A DNA stretch of 63,119 nucleotides, the filler included, from Octopus bimaculoides (taxonomy: Eukaryota): assembly GCF_001194135.2 (NCBI RefSeq). It is 6 parts of 6 records of this genome, joined end to end, with 100 filler letters (N's around TTAATTAATTAA, not from the genome) between each part and the next. Parts side by side here need not be neighbours in the genome. Positions count along the whole stretch, not along the records: positions 1 to 27,403 come from NC_068984.1; positions 27,504 to 32,793 come from NC_068994.1; 4 more parts are not named here. One strand, given 5' to 3'. Below, in pieces: positions 14,306-28,338 of this stretch (positions are counted from its first letter, which is position 1; every line of letters begins with the position of its first letter). Under the pieces are notes generated by a model that made no database searches, was not told where the DNA came from, and saw nothing but the letters and a program-made list of their open reading frames with translations. The position numbers and the translations under genes were made by a program.

Positions 14306-14616
14306 AGAAAAGAAAAGCTATATATTTTGTGCATAAACTTACTTGAATGACTGTCTATTTGAAATAAGATTAATTAAAACTAGATAGGTAAATATAGAAG
14401 AAATAGATACTTATTAAAACGTCTATATTTAAATCGAAATAGACACGAAAATAGCATCCGCGATAAAAAGGGCAAGTCAGAAGTTTAATCATAATAGTGT
14501 AACAAGAATGAAGTGTGCAAGCATCTAAGTCTCTCACTCTACCTGTCTTTCTAATTGTCATTCTCATTCTCTCTTTCTTTCTCTCCCGCTCTCACTCTTT
14601 CACACTACACACATAC

Positions 14617-14647
<31 letters not shown>

Positions 14648-15216
14648 NNNNNNNNNNNNNNNNNNNNNNNNNNNNNNNNNNNNNNNNNNNNNNNNNNNNN
14701 NNNNNNNNNNNNNNNNNNNNNNNNNNNNNNNNNNNNNNNNNNNNNNNNNNNNNNNNNNNNNNNNNNNNNNNNNNNNNNNNNNNNNNNNNNNNNNNNNNNN
14801 NNNNNNNNNNNNNNNNNNNNNNNNNNNNNNNNNNNNNNNNNNNNNNNNNNNNNNNNNNNNNNNNNNNNNNNNNNNNNNNNNNNNNNNNNNNNNNNNNNNN
14901 NNNNNNNNNNNNNNNNNNNNNNNNNNNNNNNNNNNNNNNNNNNNNNNNNNNNNNNNNNNNNNNNNNNNNNNNNNNNNNNNNNNNNNNNNNNNNNNNNNNN
15001 NNNNNNNNNNNNNNNNNNNNNNNNNNNNNNNNNNNNNNNNNNNNNNNNNNNNNNNNNNNNNNNNNNNNNNNNNNNNNNNNNNNNNNNNNNNNNNNNNNNN
15101 NNNNNNNNNNNNNNNNNNNNNNNNNNNNNNNNNNNNNNNNNNNNNNNNNNNNNNNNNNNNNNNNNNNNNNNNNNNNNNNNNNNNNNNNNNNNNNNNNNNN
15201 NNNNNNNNNNNNNNNN

Positions 15217-15248
<32 letters not shown>

Positions 15249-16059
15249 CATAGATGAGATCCATGTGTGTTCCGTATTGAATACACTTAGTAGTGCTCAA
15301 AACATTCAAACTTGAGCGGGTATAGAAGCAAATATGGAAATTAGACAGATCAATATATAAATTAAATTAAATACATGGAATACAAAATATGTATATATGT
15401 ATAGATATAAAAAGGTCCAACTTAAACTGAGTACAACTGATACAGAAAATTAAATGGTTTGAAGAAAGGTATTACAAATTCAACAGCTATTAAACTATTC
15501 TTTATTAAACTATTCTTTCTGATAGTTACCATTCCAAATTCTCCTAAACCACTACATCCCACCTCCCTCTCAAGTGATGTCTTTGTCCTCCTTACCAGCC
15601 CCACTCTTTTGGATACTAACCTGTCAACATCTACCGTATTCTATATTCATTTCCCTGTATTCAATTTCATACACCTCTGCATACCATTGTACTTCCCATC
15701 GAATGCCACCCAAATTCATTATCCTACTAAACACCACTATATGAACTATCAGCTCACCTCCAACCAGGCTCTCCACCTCTCTATCTTCTCTCATACTTTT
15801 CTACATACATTTGTAATCTCACTCAGCCACTGACCTATTCACCTTATTTCACTTAAATAATTGCCATCCCTATTTCTCACTACCTCAACCATTAATTCTA
15901 TACCTTTCCAACAAATTCAACACAATAGTCTACCATTCATATATTACCTACCCCACCCTCCCCTCATCGTCTTACTCCATCTCTACTACTACTTCTCCCT
16001 ACCAGCCTCTTTCTTTATTAACCGCTTACTCTTGAAATATCTTTCCTCCGCTCACTATT

Positions 16060-16260
16060 CTCTACGTTAAAAACACCCCAGTTCCCCTCTCTAATACACT
16101 TAGCTCTCCACATTCAATTATTCTATCTTTGAATCTTTCTGCTTCAAGATTCCAAATATAAGATCTCTTCCCTAAAGATGGAGGATTGTCTTGTCCTATG
16201 TTAAATGCATCCATCCGGACGCATTCTCTGATGGAATTAATCAACAAACGTTATTATGGA
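16060..16260 (+). mobile_element. Possible Penelope-like GIY-YIG 3' remnant
   Basis: Weak peptide HPDAFSDGIN resembling the end of Penelope endonucleases. Contains stops. Confidence 0.25.
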
Positions 16261-16354
16261 TCGCCGAGACACACCCCACCCGTCACACACACCATACAGC
16301 AGTTGGATATTTTATACCTTTCTCCCACCCCATATATATGTGTGTGAGTGTGTA

Positions 16355-16398
<44 letters not shown>

Positions 16399-18081
16399 CG
16401 CCATGTGCAAATATATATGTATATTTATCATGGTACATATAATTATGATATTATTCAGTATCAATTGCTAAAGGGAGATGTAGAAAGATAGATAGACACA
16501 TATTTGGTAAATCTCCTTAAGCAAGTATATGTCATGAATCATATGATCTCTTCAGTGACTCCCCATCCCACCTTTCTCCTCCTGTTCTGTTTAGTCTATT
16601 ACTATATGTGTTGCCTCTCAGATTGCAGTGACCACCCACTTAATAATACAGAGAATGGAACAATACCACCACAGTACGCAACATGACGACTAAAGACAGA
16701 AGGGAAGGAAAGGGAAAGTCACAGATACAAGTGGTATACCACATAAATTTATATACACCCTCCCAAAAGAAACACATGCACATTCCTAAGACGAAATAGG
16801 AAAAATATAGAGTGTTAAATTAGAAATAAATGCAAAAAATGACACGGATATAAACAGTATTACAAGCAAACTCATAAACACACATATAAAACAGAAGCAC
16901 GTGCATATACAGTCGCATGCATGCACACACATACACAGAATCATATGTGCAGATTAGGAGACACTCCATAGAAAGATAGAATGGACTAAATAGAAAAGGT
17001 GATATGTGGGATGGGGAGTCGCAGAAGAGGTCACAGGATGTGTGACAAAGAATATACAGACAAATGACATAAAGTAAGGACAATAATAAATCTGAAATTA
17101 AGAGCGAAAATATCGTGTGTGTGTTCATTTGGCCAAACACAGTCTCCCCGAAATATAAAAATATCTGTTTCAACACACAATTTCACATCAGGAATCTTGA
17201 AAATAAATACATGAACGAAATGATAAAATACTGATTTGTTTTTTTTTTTTGTTTTTTTTGCTTAACCGATCGAAAGTATGACAATTTGGACTGAGTTTCA
17301 TGGTACAAATAAGACAGAGAAACCAACCTGAACATAGTATTATAAATAAGTAGGATTGTATGTTACTGGATTTGGAAGTCTACTTGTGTGATGCCTGTTT
17401 GTAAAAGTCTCTATGTGATCTGAAATATAATATAATAAATTATATTAAAAAATCTTTTTGAAAAGCTTGATGAAAGAAGCAGTATTAATATGATAATATT
17501 ACTTTAGTGGTGAGTACCAACACGTCCACAAGGAAGTATTTAACATTGATAAGTGATTTTCGAGAAGTAAAATGCATAATAGTATTAGACCGAGGAAGGA
17601 AGGAGATTCAATCAACCAATAAAAAATGAAAGTAAAATTGCAAATGATTCTAGAGAAATTGTCATATAAGTATATCACACTACAAACACTACAGCATATG
17701 CACATATATGTGTGTATATGTGTACGCGTATATGCGTATATGTTTATAGGCACGTGCGTTTCTATGAGTGTTTCTCTGTATATATGTGTAGTGTTCGTCA
17801 AAGAAAATTATATTTTGTTTCGATTTTAAACATAATCTTCTTTATTAAAGCTATCTTCTACTGACAGGTGCAGGCGTAATTACCCTGAAGCTGTGTAGGA
17901 AGATAAGGCTAATGGCTAACGATATATTTGATATATCCTAATATAAGCTTCATTTATAATAACAACAATCACAACACCACCGTCATTCGGTGCTATTATT
18001 AATATTATTGATATTATGATACTATAGATTGTATTATGGCGAGGTCTGATCGAACTATTGAAAGAGCTGCTAAAATATATT

Positions 18082-18138
<57 letters not shown>

Positions 18139-18248
18139 NNNNNNNNNNNNNNNNNNNNNNNNNNNNNNNNNNNNNNNNNNNNNNNNNNNNNNNNNNNNNN
18201 NNNNNNNNNNNNNNNNNNNNNNNNNNNNNNNNNNNNNNNNNNNTATAT

Positions 18249-18299
<51 letters not shown>

Positions 18300-18535
18300 G
18301 TTCAAGTTAACTAATTGCTGAAGTATTTTAGCATCTACGCTTTTGTGTTTTTATAGTTAAAGGGAAACATTTTTGCCATTTTTTTCTATATTGTTTTCTT
18401 TTGAGATAGTACCTAATATTATATGAATACATGTCTTTTATATATGGGATATCCATTAGATTAAATTTAATAAATTTTCATATGTAGGATTAAAAGCAAG
18501 ACTTAAGGTGGTTCAGCCATACTACACGAGGAATA

Positions 18536-18990
18536 TTGAGCTACAGAGAGAGACTTGAAACAGCTACCACTCTACTCCCTGGAGCGAAGACAAGAGAAGT
18601 ATGCAGTGATATATGTGTGGAACATAATAAAGAGGCTGGCACCAAACTTTGGAATTCAGAGTTATACACGACCTCAAAATGGACGTCACTGCACTGTCCC
18701 CAAAGTCTCAGTTGTGTCTTCTAAGGCAAGGACCATGTACCGCAATAGCTTGGGATTCAAGAGCCCACAGCTATTCAACTCCTTGCCGAAACATCTGCGG
18801 GATCTCTATGGAGTGAGAGGAAGTGTTTTCAAGAAACAACTTGACCTCCTACTATACAAGATCCCAGATGAATCAATATCAAGGCAGGAAACTCCAAAGA
18901 GGGCAGCGGTATCGAACTTCCCCTTCACCAAAGCCAAACCCACCCAGAGAATTAATACGTGACTACAATGGCGGTTCCCCAGCATGGCTT
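18536..18990 (+). mobile_element. CR1/L2-like LINE 3' fragment
   Basis: SYRERL..LYSLERRQEKYAVIYVWNI...PQLFNSLPKHLRD...FKKQLDLLL..IPDE with a frameshift. Confidence 0.82.
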
Positions 18991-19030
18991 GAATCATATA
19001 AAAGAATATATATATATACACACGCACACA

Positions 19031-19068
<38 letters not shown>

Positions 19069-19094
19069 CGCACACACGCACACACACACACACG

Positions 19095-19133
<39 letters not shown>

Positions 19134-19172
19134 ACACACATACGTATATATATATACATATATATACATATG

Positions 19173-19213
<41 letters not shown>

Positions 19214-21071
19214 NNNNNNNNNNNNNNNNNNNNNNNNNNNNNNNNNNNNATATTTGAAATCAGTAGTTCTTTGACTGCTATTTCTGAATTCTCAGTATGT
19301 TGGAGAAGCAGGTTACTGTCAATCCCTATATATTTATGATTATAAATGTTTTTTACCGAAGAAGGTTTTTTCATACTGAGCTACCCGGCAAAATTGTTAA
19401 TTATTAATTTTATTACTAATTGACGATTCCCTGCCTAAGTATATGGGTAAAAAATTTACTGCCTAAGTATATGGGTAAAAAATTAAAATAATTTATTACC
19501 AGTGGTTCGCATGCTTAATAAAAGTCATAAGGCATAAAATATTTTATAGAAGAGTGTACAAAATTTATACACGGAGAGAAGAACCTTGACAGGACTTCTT
19601 TCATACTAAGAAGGGTAGTTAAACCCAAACCACAAAAAAGGAATTCTTAAGACATCCTGCTAATACGCACTAGTGTGAATAAAAAAATTAGTTAAACCTA
19701 GACTCAAGTTTTCTTATTGATAACCAAATGAATTCATTTGGTATCTGTATCTCGCCAGTAGGATCGCTAAAGAATGTATAATTATGTAACTGTAATACGT
19801 ATAGAAAACACGAGGTAAACACATGCGCAAGACAGCTCCATCTTTATACATTGTTGATTCAAACTTAGTGCGCAAGCGTAGTCAGAATAGCACAGCAGTA
19901 AATAAATTAAAACTTTGTACTATATGGTCTACGAATTGGAAAATTTTACTGGTTTAATTTTAACTGCCCTTGGCATGTAAGAAGTCCTGTCAAGTGTCTT
20001 CTTTCCGGGTACAAATTTTTATACACACTTATATTATGTTTATATATATATATATNNNNNNNNNNNNNNNNNNNNNNNNNNNNNNNNNNNNNNNNNNNNN
20101 NNNNNNNNNNNNNNNNNNNNNNNNNNNNNNNNNNNNNNNNNNNNNNNNNNNNNNNNNNNNATGCCCAAAGTAATGGAATGGAACAGGTAAAATCCATTCT
20201 ACATATGTTTCCTAGATAACAGGTTCTCCTATGCAATAATTACTCAAAGTGGGGTACTTATCTAGCTGCTCATTAGATGGAATTTCAAATTATATGATCG
20301 GTGAGAACGTAACCTTCATATCATTAAGTTTTCTTGGGCTTACTGAGCAGCGAGCTGAATACTCTTCGTTGACTAATTATTACATCACAGAACCTACAAA
20401 TTATGAAACATATGTGACCTGGATTTTATCCGTTCCACTCCCTTATTTGGATATTTATTCGCATTAATAGAAACTCAAGATGCCAACTGTGAGTTACACA
20501 AAATACAGCCAATCGAAATTCGATATGGGAAAACCTACAGTTTTCGACACCAATAAATTAATATTGTCCCTAAACATTGTTTTTTATACGTGCACGGACT
20601 GCTCGACGCTTGCAAAGTTCATACACGTAGATGATTGGATCTTACAATTACATATAAATAAATATATGTATTGTGTAATGTGTTTGTATGTGCTTGAATA
20701 TATGTATACATATATATGCATGTGTGTGTGTGTGTATGTGTGTATGTGTATGTATATGTGTGTATGTGTGTGTATTTTTGTCTGTCTGATCTCCAACTTT
20801 TTACAACGATGGTTATCTGCTTTACGTTTCGAAAAGAGACGGTAGAATTTCTATCAGATATAACAAGTATGCAGGTGGATTTCTTCGACTAAAGCCCTTC
20901 AAGTCGATGTTCCAGCGCGATTGCAGTTCAATGACTGAAGCAATTAAAAGAAAACAGAATTACTTCTTTTAATGCACTCAGTACTTTCAATGTGCCTTCA
21001 AGAGTCACCAGTTGTTTTCTTAGGTATATAAATGTTTAAAGTTATTTAATTGGAATAATAATCTTTATACA

Positions 21072-21129
<58 letters not shown>

Positions 21130-21934
21130 TGTATGTGCATGTATGTATATATAAATGTATATATGTATGTATGTATTTTCCAATACATACATCCAATGAC
21201 TATTCTAAACTTATATTTGCTTAATAGGAATCCTTTTGAAATAATATTTAACCGATTTAATTTTAGAAAACCTGAAATAAAACTTGGCACAAGCTTGTGA
21301 ACTTATACATCATTGAAAGAAATATAATACTAGGGATCATAAAATCATATAGATTATGTTGAATGTAACCTAATCTTGGCAACATGGGAATTATGTCACT
21401 GGTTTCGTCTTCGAGAAATAGGTTTAAATATCTAAACCAGAAACAGTTTAAGGGTACTATAGCCGGTATTATTCCTGCCAATTGGGATAAACATTGCTTA
21501 AACATTTCAAATTAATGTATATCAAATTTATAGTGTATATTTATTACGCACATTCAGGTTTGACGATGTTCATTCTTACTAAAACAGTTGTTGAAACTAA
21601 TTAAGTGATGCTCTATCCGTAAAATTATGCTTTTTTAAGTTTTAATCTAAATATATGCTGATATGAAGGAACATTCTAGCTGGTTTTGCACATGCAAGCA
21701 AGCTTATAACATCTATTGGATTTATTGCAATGCTATTACGTGTTGGAACTGGCCGATGGGTAATAGCGCCGCATAATGGGAACAAAATTCAAATTTTGTG
21801 TATTCAGAGGTAATTCTACCAAGCGTAATACTGCAGACAGAAGGTTTTAACGTCTCGAATATATTAATTATGTGTTGTTGATATTATAATATATATTCAT
21901 TTCTTTATTGCCGACAGGAGTCTAAAGACAGAGG

Positions 21935-22100
21935 GGATTAAGGGGATTAAGTCGATTAACTGGTACTTATTTAATTGACCCCGAAAGGATGAAAGGCACA
22001 GTCGACTTCGGTAGAATTTGAACTCAGAACGTAACGGCAGACAAAAAAACGCTAAGCATTTCGCCCGGCGTGCTAACTTTTCTGCCAGCTCGCCGCCTTA
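21935..22100 (-). mobile_element. tRNA-derived SINE, family C
   Basis: Reverse strand gctggcagaa...ttctgagttcaaattc...gtcgactgtgcctttcatcctttcgggg. Related copies at about 23180-23300, 35635-35850, 51710-51905 and 56735-56880. Confidence 0.8.
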
Positions 22101-24013
22101 ATATTAAAATATATATTAAACTGACGTAATCTAAATATAAGTCAATAACTTGCTTCTTTCAACATGAGAGACATTGCATTTGAAATATATTTTTAAGGAT
22201 AGTTTTGCAAATAATTTATTTAGTTTTTAACATTTACAGAATTAGCTAAACATCCCGAAATCAATGATAATAAAACTACGTGTATCATCCATGATGAGGA
22301 TTTAATGATCTGTTAAAATTACTCAATCATTCCAATCATTTAAACTTACCGTGAGTGGAATCAATTTTCCGTGAATACTGTACATGATTTCTTTGCATGA
22401 TAAATATCCCCATTTAATACTGGTGTTTCAATTATATATTCATCGACAAAAATATTAGTGAGATTGAATACAATTTATATATTTTTTCTGCTTGGTTTCC
22501 TTAAGAAATCTTCAAATGATGTTTATATAAAATTGAATTTGATATTCGATGAGATTTTGTTGTTACGCCTTGAGCATATAGTCTTTGCGTGCAGATAAAG
22601 TTGACTCACAATAATAAATTCAAAAGAAAAACCAGATAACCGAAGAAATTGCAGTTTTTTTTGGGTTTTTTTGCCAGTTATTTCTTAGTGTGTCTGAAAT
22701 ATTTTACCTGATATTGATGTATACTCCGTCAGTCTCGAAGATGAGTAACAATTTCTTCGATTAAATGGATACCTATTCGTGCAAATAGCAGGTAAGGGTC
22801 TACGTATTACACAGGCACATAACTTCATAATATATTTCAGCTAATGAATCATCGTGGCACAATGGGACAAGGGTGCACGTTTGAATGACAGTTACAATCC
22901 AGAGCAAGCTGTCTCGACGAGATTCTAAAGAGAGAGAGAGAGAGGCAGAGAAAGAGAGAAAGAGAGAGGGAGCACGGAGTACAGGATCGAATTTTTCAAT
23001 GTATTCTTGACAACACTTCAACAATTCCTCTTTTTCACTCTCTTATTGTACCAAATTAAAGGGATATATATCTAAAAGGTGTCGGTGAAATAGGATCGTT
23101 TAGCATAGTTGTACTCAATAAGAGTAATCTCAATGTACATATAATGTATGGTACACTACTCCTAAATATTTCTTACATCTAAGGCGGCGAGCTGCTAGCA
23201 GAATCATTAACATGTCAAGCAAAATAGTTAGTCTGCCTTTACGTTCTGAATTCAAATTACGTCGAGTTGACTTTGTTTTTATCCTTTCAGGGTGTACTAG
23301 TTGAGCAATATGGTTGACGTAATTGACTAACCCCTACCCATTGTCTTGTGCAAAATTAAAATTCAATTTTCGGCTCTTTATGCTCTGACTCCAAATCCTG
23401 CCGTGGTCAGCTCCACCTTTCATCTGTAGAGGATTGATAAAATAAATTACTAGTGAAATACTGTGGTCGATCGTATCGACGAACCTAAGTTTCCCAGTGT
23501 AGCTGGCCATGCGACTAAATTCAGAATTTGGGATAATCGACGTGTCAAGATGGGGATGTCTCAACACGGACTCATCAGTATTCAGAACATCACTGGCACA
23601 ATTAACAGTCCGTCAGAAACTACCTGATCACATAGCACGAGGGAAATAAGTAATAAACAGTAGATGATTGAAAGCTATATTGTTTCTGACATCATGACGT
23701 AAATCGGTTCATGGGCAGTGTCACGTGAGATGTTTCGTACAAATTATATATGTATGTATTGTTTGACATAATAATAGCTGCGAAAACATTAAAATAACAT
23801 TTCAATAACTAACAACAATGTAATCTAAGAGTTCATTAATACGCTGTAATTATAATATACGATATTTAGACTGGCCTAAACATTTATTTGTCTGCTGTAC
23901 TTCAACTGCTTAGATAAGAGTTAAGTGGCTATGAAATATTTCTTCTAATTGAACTGAAACTATTCTCTTTTCGCATTTAGTTTATATTGCTATATATGAT
24001 TTTCATACTTAAA

Positions 24014-24220
24014 TCATTTGAAAGCACCGACAATGTAAGCCGCCACATTTGAAATGATCATGCTCCCTTTGAATAAACCAATTATGTGTCTAATTGAACG
24101 TATTTGATAGTGATAATTGCCGTGTCTTGAATTGTATTCAGCTAAGATAGATTCTGTTGAAGTCAAGATATTCAAAGTGCTAGAAATGCAACCAAATTCT
24201 TTCAAACCACACAGAACTAC
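24014..24220 (-). CDS. Candidate terminal exon of unidentified gene (68 aa)
   Basis: ctccctttctttttaag acceptor followed by 68 open codons to TGA in AT-rich DNA. No homologue recognised. Confidence 0.2.
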   Translation of the reverse strand, partial: VVLCGLKEFGCISSTLNILTSTESILAEYNSRHGNYHYQIRSIRHIIGLFKGSMIISNVAAYIVGAFK

Positions 24221-27200
24221 CTTAAAAAGAAAGGGAGCGTTAAATCGTGTAGTACTAGATATAAGAAAATATATATTAGTCCTGACTGGAAAATCTTAAA
24301 TTATAAGGATGTTCAATTCTAGTTGACCGGGGGCACACAACAACAACGAAACTATTAGTCTGTAATGTTCTAAGCTATCCTACATTAAATAAATATTATC
24401 AGAAATCATTTCTCAGAGACTCTGCTACGATATATGCACAACTATATTATCTATTAACACTTCTTCACCGCGCGTTTTCAGCGTAAATCAAATGATTGTT
24501 TCTTTAATATATTGTGTCACGTTGCGTTTGACGCTAGTTTACCCTGCCACGAATCCATTTCGCTGCAGTTCATTCAATATTAATTGTGCACTTGTTCATT
24601 AGCATAATTAAATACGCAGTTCAGTTCAGTTAACTAACCAAGTAAGTGTATCAAGAATTTTCAGAGGTTTTTATTCATTTACATCAAATAGACACCATTT
24701 CTCGCCAAGAATATTGAAGATAATTTGAAATTTATTCGAGTTTGAACGCATTGCAATCCATAGATACCCGATTATATGGCCCCTATTAATAATATATGAC
24801 AAGAGCCAATGCTAAGATATTTTTCCATTCAACGAACATAAGATATATGAATGCGAACAGATTAGATTTGAAAACGATTATAGCAAAATTGCTACTACTA
24901 ATGTAGACATTTTGTCAAAGGAAGATTGAATTGAAGCATCCAGATCATAAAATTATACATTTCATTGAGATCCCTGCTTATCTCCAGTATTCGCAGCGTT
25001 ACAAAAACGAGATCATCATTGTTTGCTGTTCATAAAATACGGATATATTACAAATAGAATTTCTCGCTGAAAGAATTTCGCAAATATGAGCGAACATACG
25101 AAATTGTCATTAACTTCTATTCCTGCTCCTAATTACAGTGACATATTTTGCTATCCGCAATTAACCTGTCGCAGTTATCTACCTTGTTCTGAAGTAAAAC
25201 TACAAGACCGCTAACCTTATATTTTACAACTCATGTCCTCGATATTGCGATAACAGCATCAATAACAACAATTTTCTATTGACAGGCTTAAAGTTTTCAG
25301 TAACCCAAAGAATTTGTTCAGGAATAAGATCAAATCGTGGTGCGTATTTTTGTTAAAGTATACTAATTAAATTATATAGTTACACTAAAAACTAGGTGTA
25401 TACTCGCCAACGTGTTTCTCAAATAAGAAGCAAGTATAAAATAAGGAAGAAACAACGTGATTAAAATAAATTAAACAATAGATGTGATACAAAACTTCAA
25501 GCAACTTTTATTAGCCATATTGTTAAAATTCATGTCTGAGGAATGCTATAACAGCGTAATAAAATATTTCAACCACATTCAAAAATATTCTATCGGGAAT
25601 TGATTGGACACAAACAGATGAAAAAGTAAAAACAAGCCGTTTGCTTGAAAATATTGGATGTGTAATTATTCAGCATGTCAACATTGTGTTTTTGAGAAAT
25701 ACGTTATACCACTTTATAATATGGTTGGCATTATTAAACCGATGACCAGGGATACTGTACATATGTGGGCCCGAGGCAGCAGCTAAGCTTTTATAGATAC
25801 TCAAAAAGAAAAGTAACCAGGAGGAATTAAAAATAAATAAATCAGGAGAGAAAAGAATAGAAAAGTTTCTACGAGACAGATAAAAATTAAACTAATGTTT
25901 TCTCATAGAATTTAACTTATATCTTGTTGTATTTTGTAACTCTCCACGCCACATGATATCTATTTCACAATAACATTGCATTTGACTAATAATCTATTTC
26001 CATAACAATAATTAATTTTGATGTGTATACTGAAGAAATAGTTAAGGTTGTATATTTCCAAATATCGTCGTGTCGAAACTATTTTCCTTTCAGTTATAAT
26101 CCCAAATTCTTCTAGATAAAAACAGGGCTCTCATCTGCGTCTGATTAAAATAGTTTTATTCGTTATTTTAAATTCACAAGCACACACACATTGTATGGTT
26201 TACAGAACAATGAACACACATTTTGGAGGAAATTTCCACGAATTTTTTTAATATCATTAAGTTAGCAAGACTGAAACTCGAACACAACACAAACATCAAA
26301 GTATAAATCTATAATCTAGTCATGCATATAATCATTATAGCAAATACCATTTCATTGCTTTGTGAGAGAAACGGAACTCCGCTACGAAAGTAGTGTATAA
26401 GTAAGATCACAGTTATGTTACTTCAACGTGTAGTGCCTTCAACATAACCCTAGAAAATATTACTTTTAACTTTTAATGGCACATAAAAGGAACATGTTAC
26501 ATCAGATATAATAATTCCATCAAAGCTGATCTCCTTGGCATTTCTTTGAATACAAATAACAGTTTCCAAATGCTTTTTCAACATATATAATGTATAACAA
26601 AGAAATGTCAAATATAATGGATTGCATGTATATAGATTATGCAGACAGTTAAACATGAGATAAATAATAAGAAGGATAAGAAATAACCATATTGGTAAAA
26701 TAGATTCTCCAGTGTTTGTTAAAAAATGAGATATGTGAAATAATTTCCATAATCAAGAAAATATAAGAAGCTAACCCAAAGTCATTTTCACACCGCCTGA
26801 TATTTGGAAATATCAAGCGAAAATAATTATGAGTAATATTTAAAAACATACTTTCGAAAATCTTTAGATAATAAATGATACCTCTCCGTGCGTACAACCT
26901 ACAGGAATTAGAAATTTTATTAATTAGATCTTAGACTTTCTTATAGTAACAACAAAAGTGGATACTAAGTGCTTGAGATGATAATCTAAAATTAAAGAAA
27001 AGATTAAAACTCTATGAACACAAGCCACATGACAAAACAGCTGGTCGACAAAATGAGGTGAAGGGATCCAATTACAGACGTTGTTCATAAGCTAGATTGA
27101 GAGTTTTTCAAATACATTTGATAAGTGTTAATAAGAAAGATTTATTTGGCACACAACCAAAGATACTTTTGTTTGAAAGATAAAAAGAATTATAATGGGA

Positions 27201-27403
27201 ATAATATAGAAGGTATTTGGCAATTGCTTACAAACCATTTTCAAAGACCCCTAAACACTGATATATTAAATCTCAAATATTTCTTTTGCCGAACGGCTAA
27301 GGTACAGGAGGCGCAAACAAACAAGCAGCGATTGTGAGGCGGGGGAGAGGACACACATACGCACACTTTCTCTCTCTCTCTCTCACACACACACATACGT
27401 AGG

Positions 27404-27503
27404 NNNNNNNNNNNNNNNNNNNNNNNNNNNNNNNNNNNNNNNNNNNNTTAATTAATTAANNNNNNNNNNNNNNNNNNNNNNNNNNNNNNNNNNNNNNNNN
27501 NNN
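27404..27503. other. Artificial 100-bp contig spacer (44 N + TTAATTAATTAA + 44 N)
   Basis: Identical construct at 32794-32893, 47968-48067, 57478-57577 and 59582-59681. The 12-mer has stops in all six frames. Confidence 0.95.
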
Positions 27504-28312
27504 TCTACTCCAATAGTTTGCCATGGCCTTCTCGGAATGTCACTGGACATCATCTCCTCCTTTTGCTGTGTGTTTCTGTGCTTTTGACAGATGTGACATG
27601 CAGAAACCATCTTCTCTATGTCTTTATACATGCCTACCCAATATACGGCTGACCTAGCTCGGAGTTTGCATTTTTCCATTCCCAGATGCCCTTGGTGGAT
27701 CTTTTCAAGAATTTCTTTTTTCATTGATCTGGGTATGATTATTCGGGATCCAGCCATCAGGATTCTATTCTCCACTGCAATGTCATCATGGATGGCCCAA
27801 TATTCACGAATGAGGGGCTGCACCTGATGTCTCTTCTCTGGCCACCCCTGAATCACCATCTGAGTAAGGAGCTGGAGTTCTTCATCTTTGCTTGTCTCTT
27901 CTTTTATTTGTTCCAGCTTTGTGCTTGTCACATTTACAATGTGGTGGACCTTTACACTTAGTCCTTCCATCTCCTGTTTATCATGTGAGGATAGTCTGGA
28001 AAGAGCATCTGCTAATATCAGGTCCTTTCCTGGCTTGTACCTGATGTTGTAGTCGTATTTTTGGAGCCTCAACAGTAGCCTTTGTAGTCTGGCTGGTGAT
28101 TTTGTGAGGTTCTTTTTGTCTATTTGTTCTAGCGGGCGATGGTCTGATTCAATATTGAAATGTCTGCCATACAGGTATGTATGGAATTTTTCACAGCCGT
28201 ATACTACTGCCAGGAGTTCTCTTTCAATGTTCGCATACCTTGTCTCTGTGGGTGAGAGAGCTTTTGAGGCAAATGCAATAGGTTTACCTTCTTGTATTAA
28301 TGCTGCGCCAAC
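27504..28312 (-). mobile_element. Ty3/Gypsy LTR retrotransposon pol fragment (RNase H, integrase zinc-binding region)
   Basis: Stop-free frame with PIAFASKAL, YANIERELLAVV, DHRPL, ADALSR, HQGHLG, CHICQ and RPWQTIG. Truncated by an assembly spacer. Confidence 0.92.
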
Positions 28313-28338
28313 ATGTATGTATGTACGTACGTACACAC

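Noticed and set aside
19431-19486. 28-bp tandem duplication (also a 16-bp one near 13466-13497)
   Set aside because: Ordinary slippage duplications with no associated structure.
20161-20560. Protein-like ORF 20249-20467
   Set aside because: Stops upstream in all frames, no recognisable motif or splice sites.
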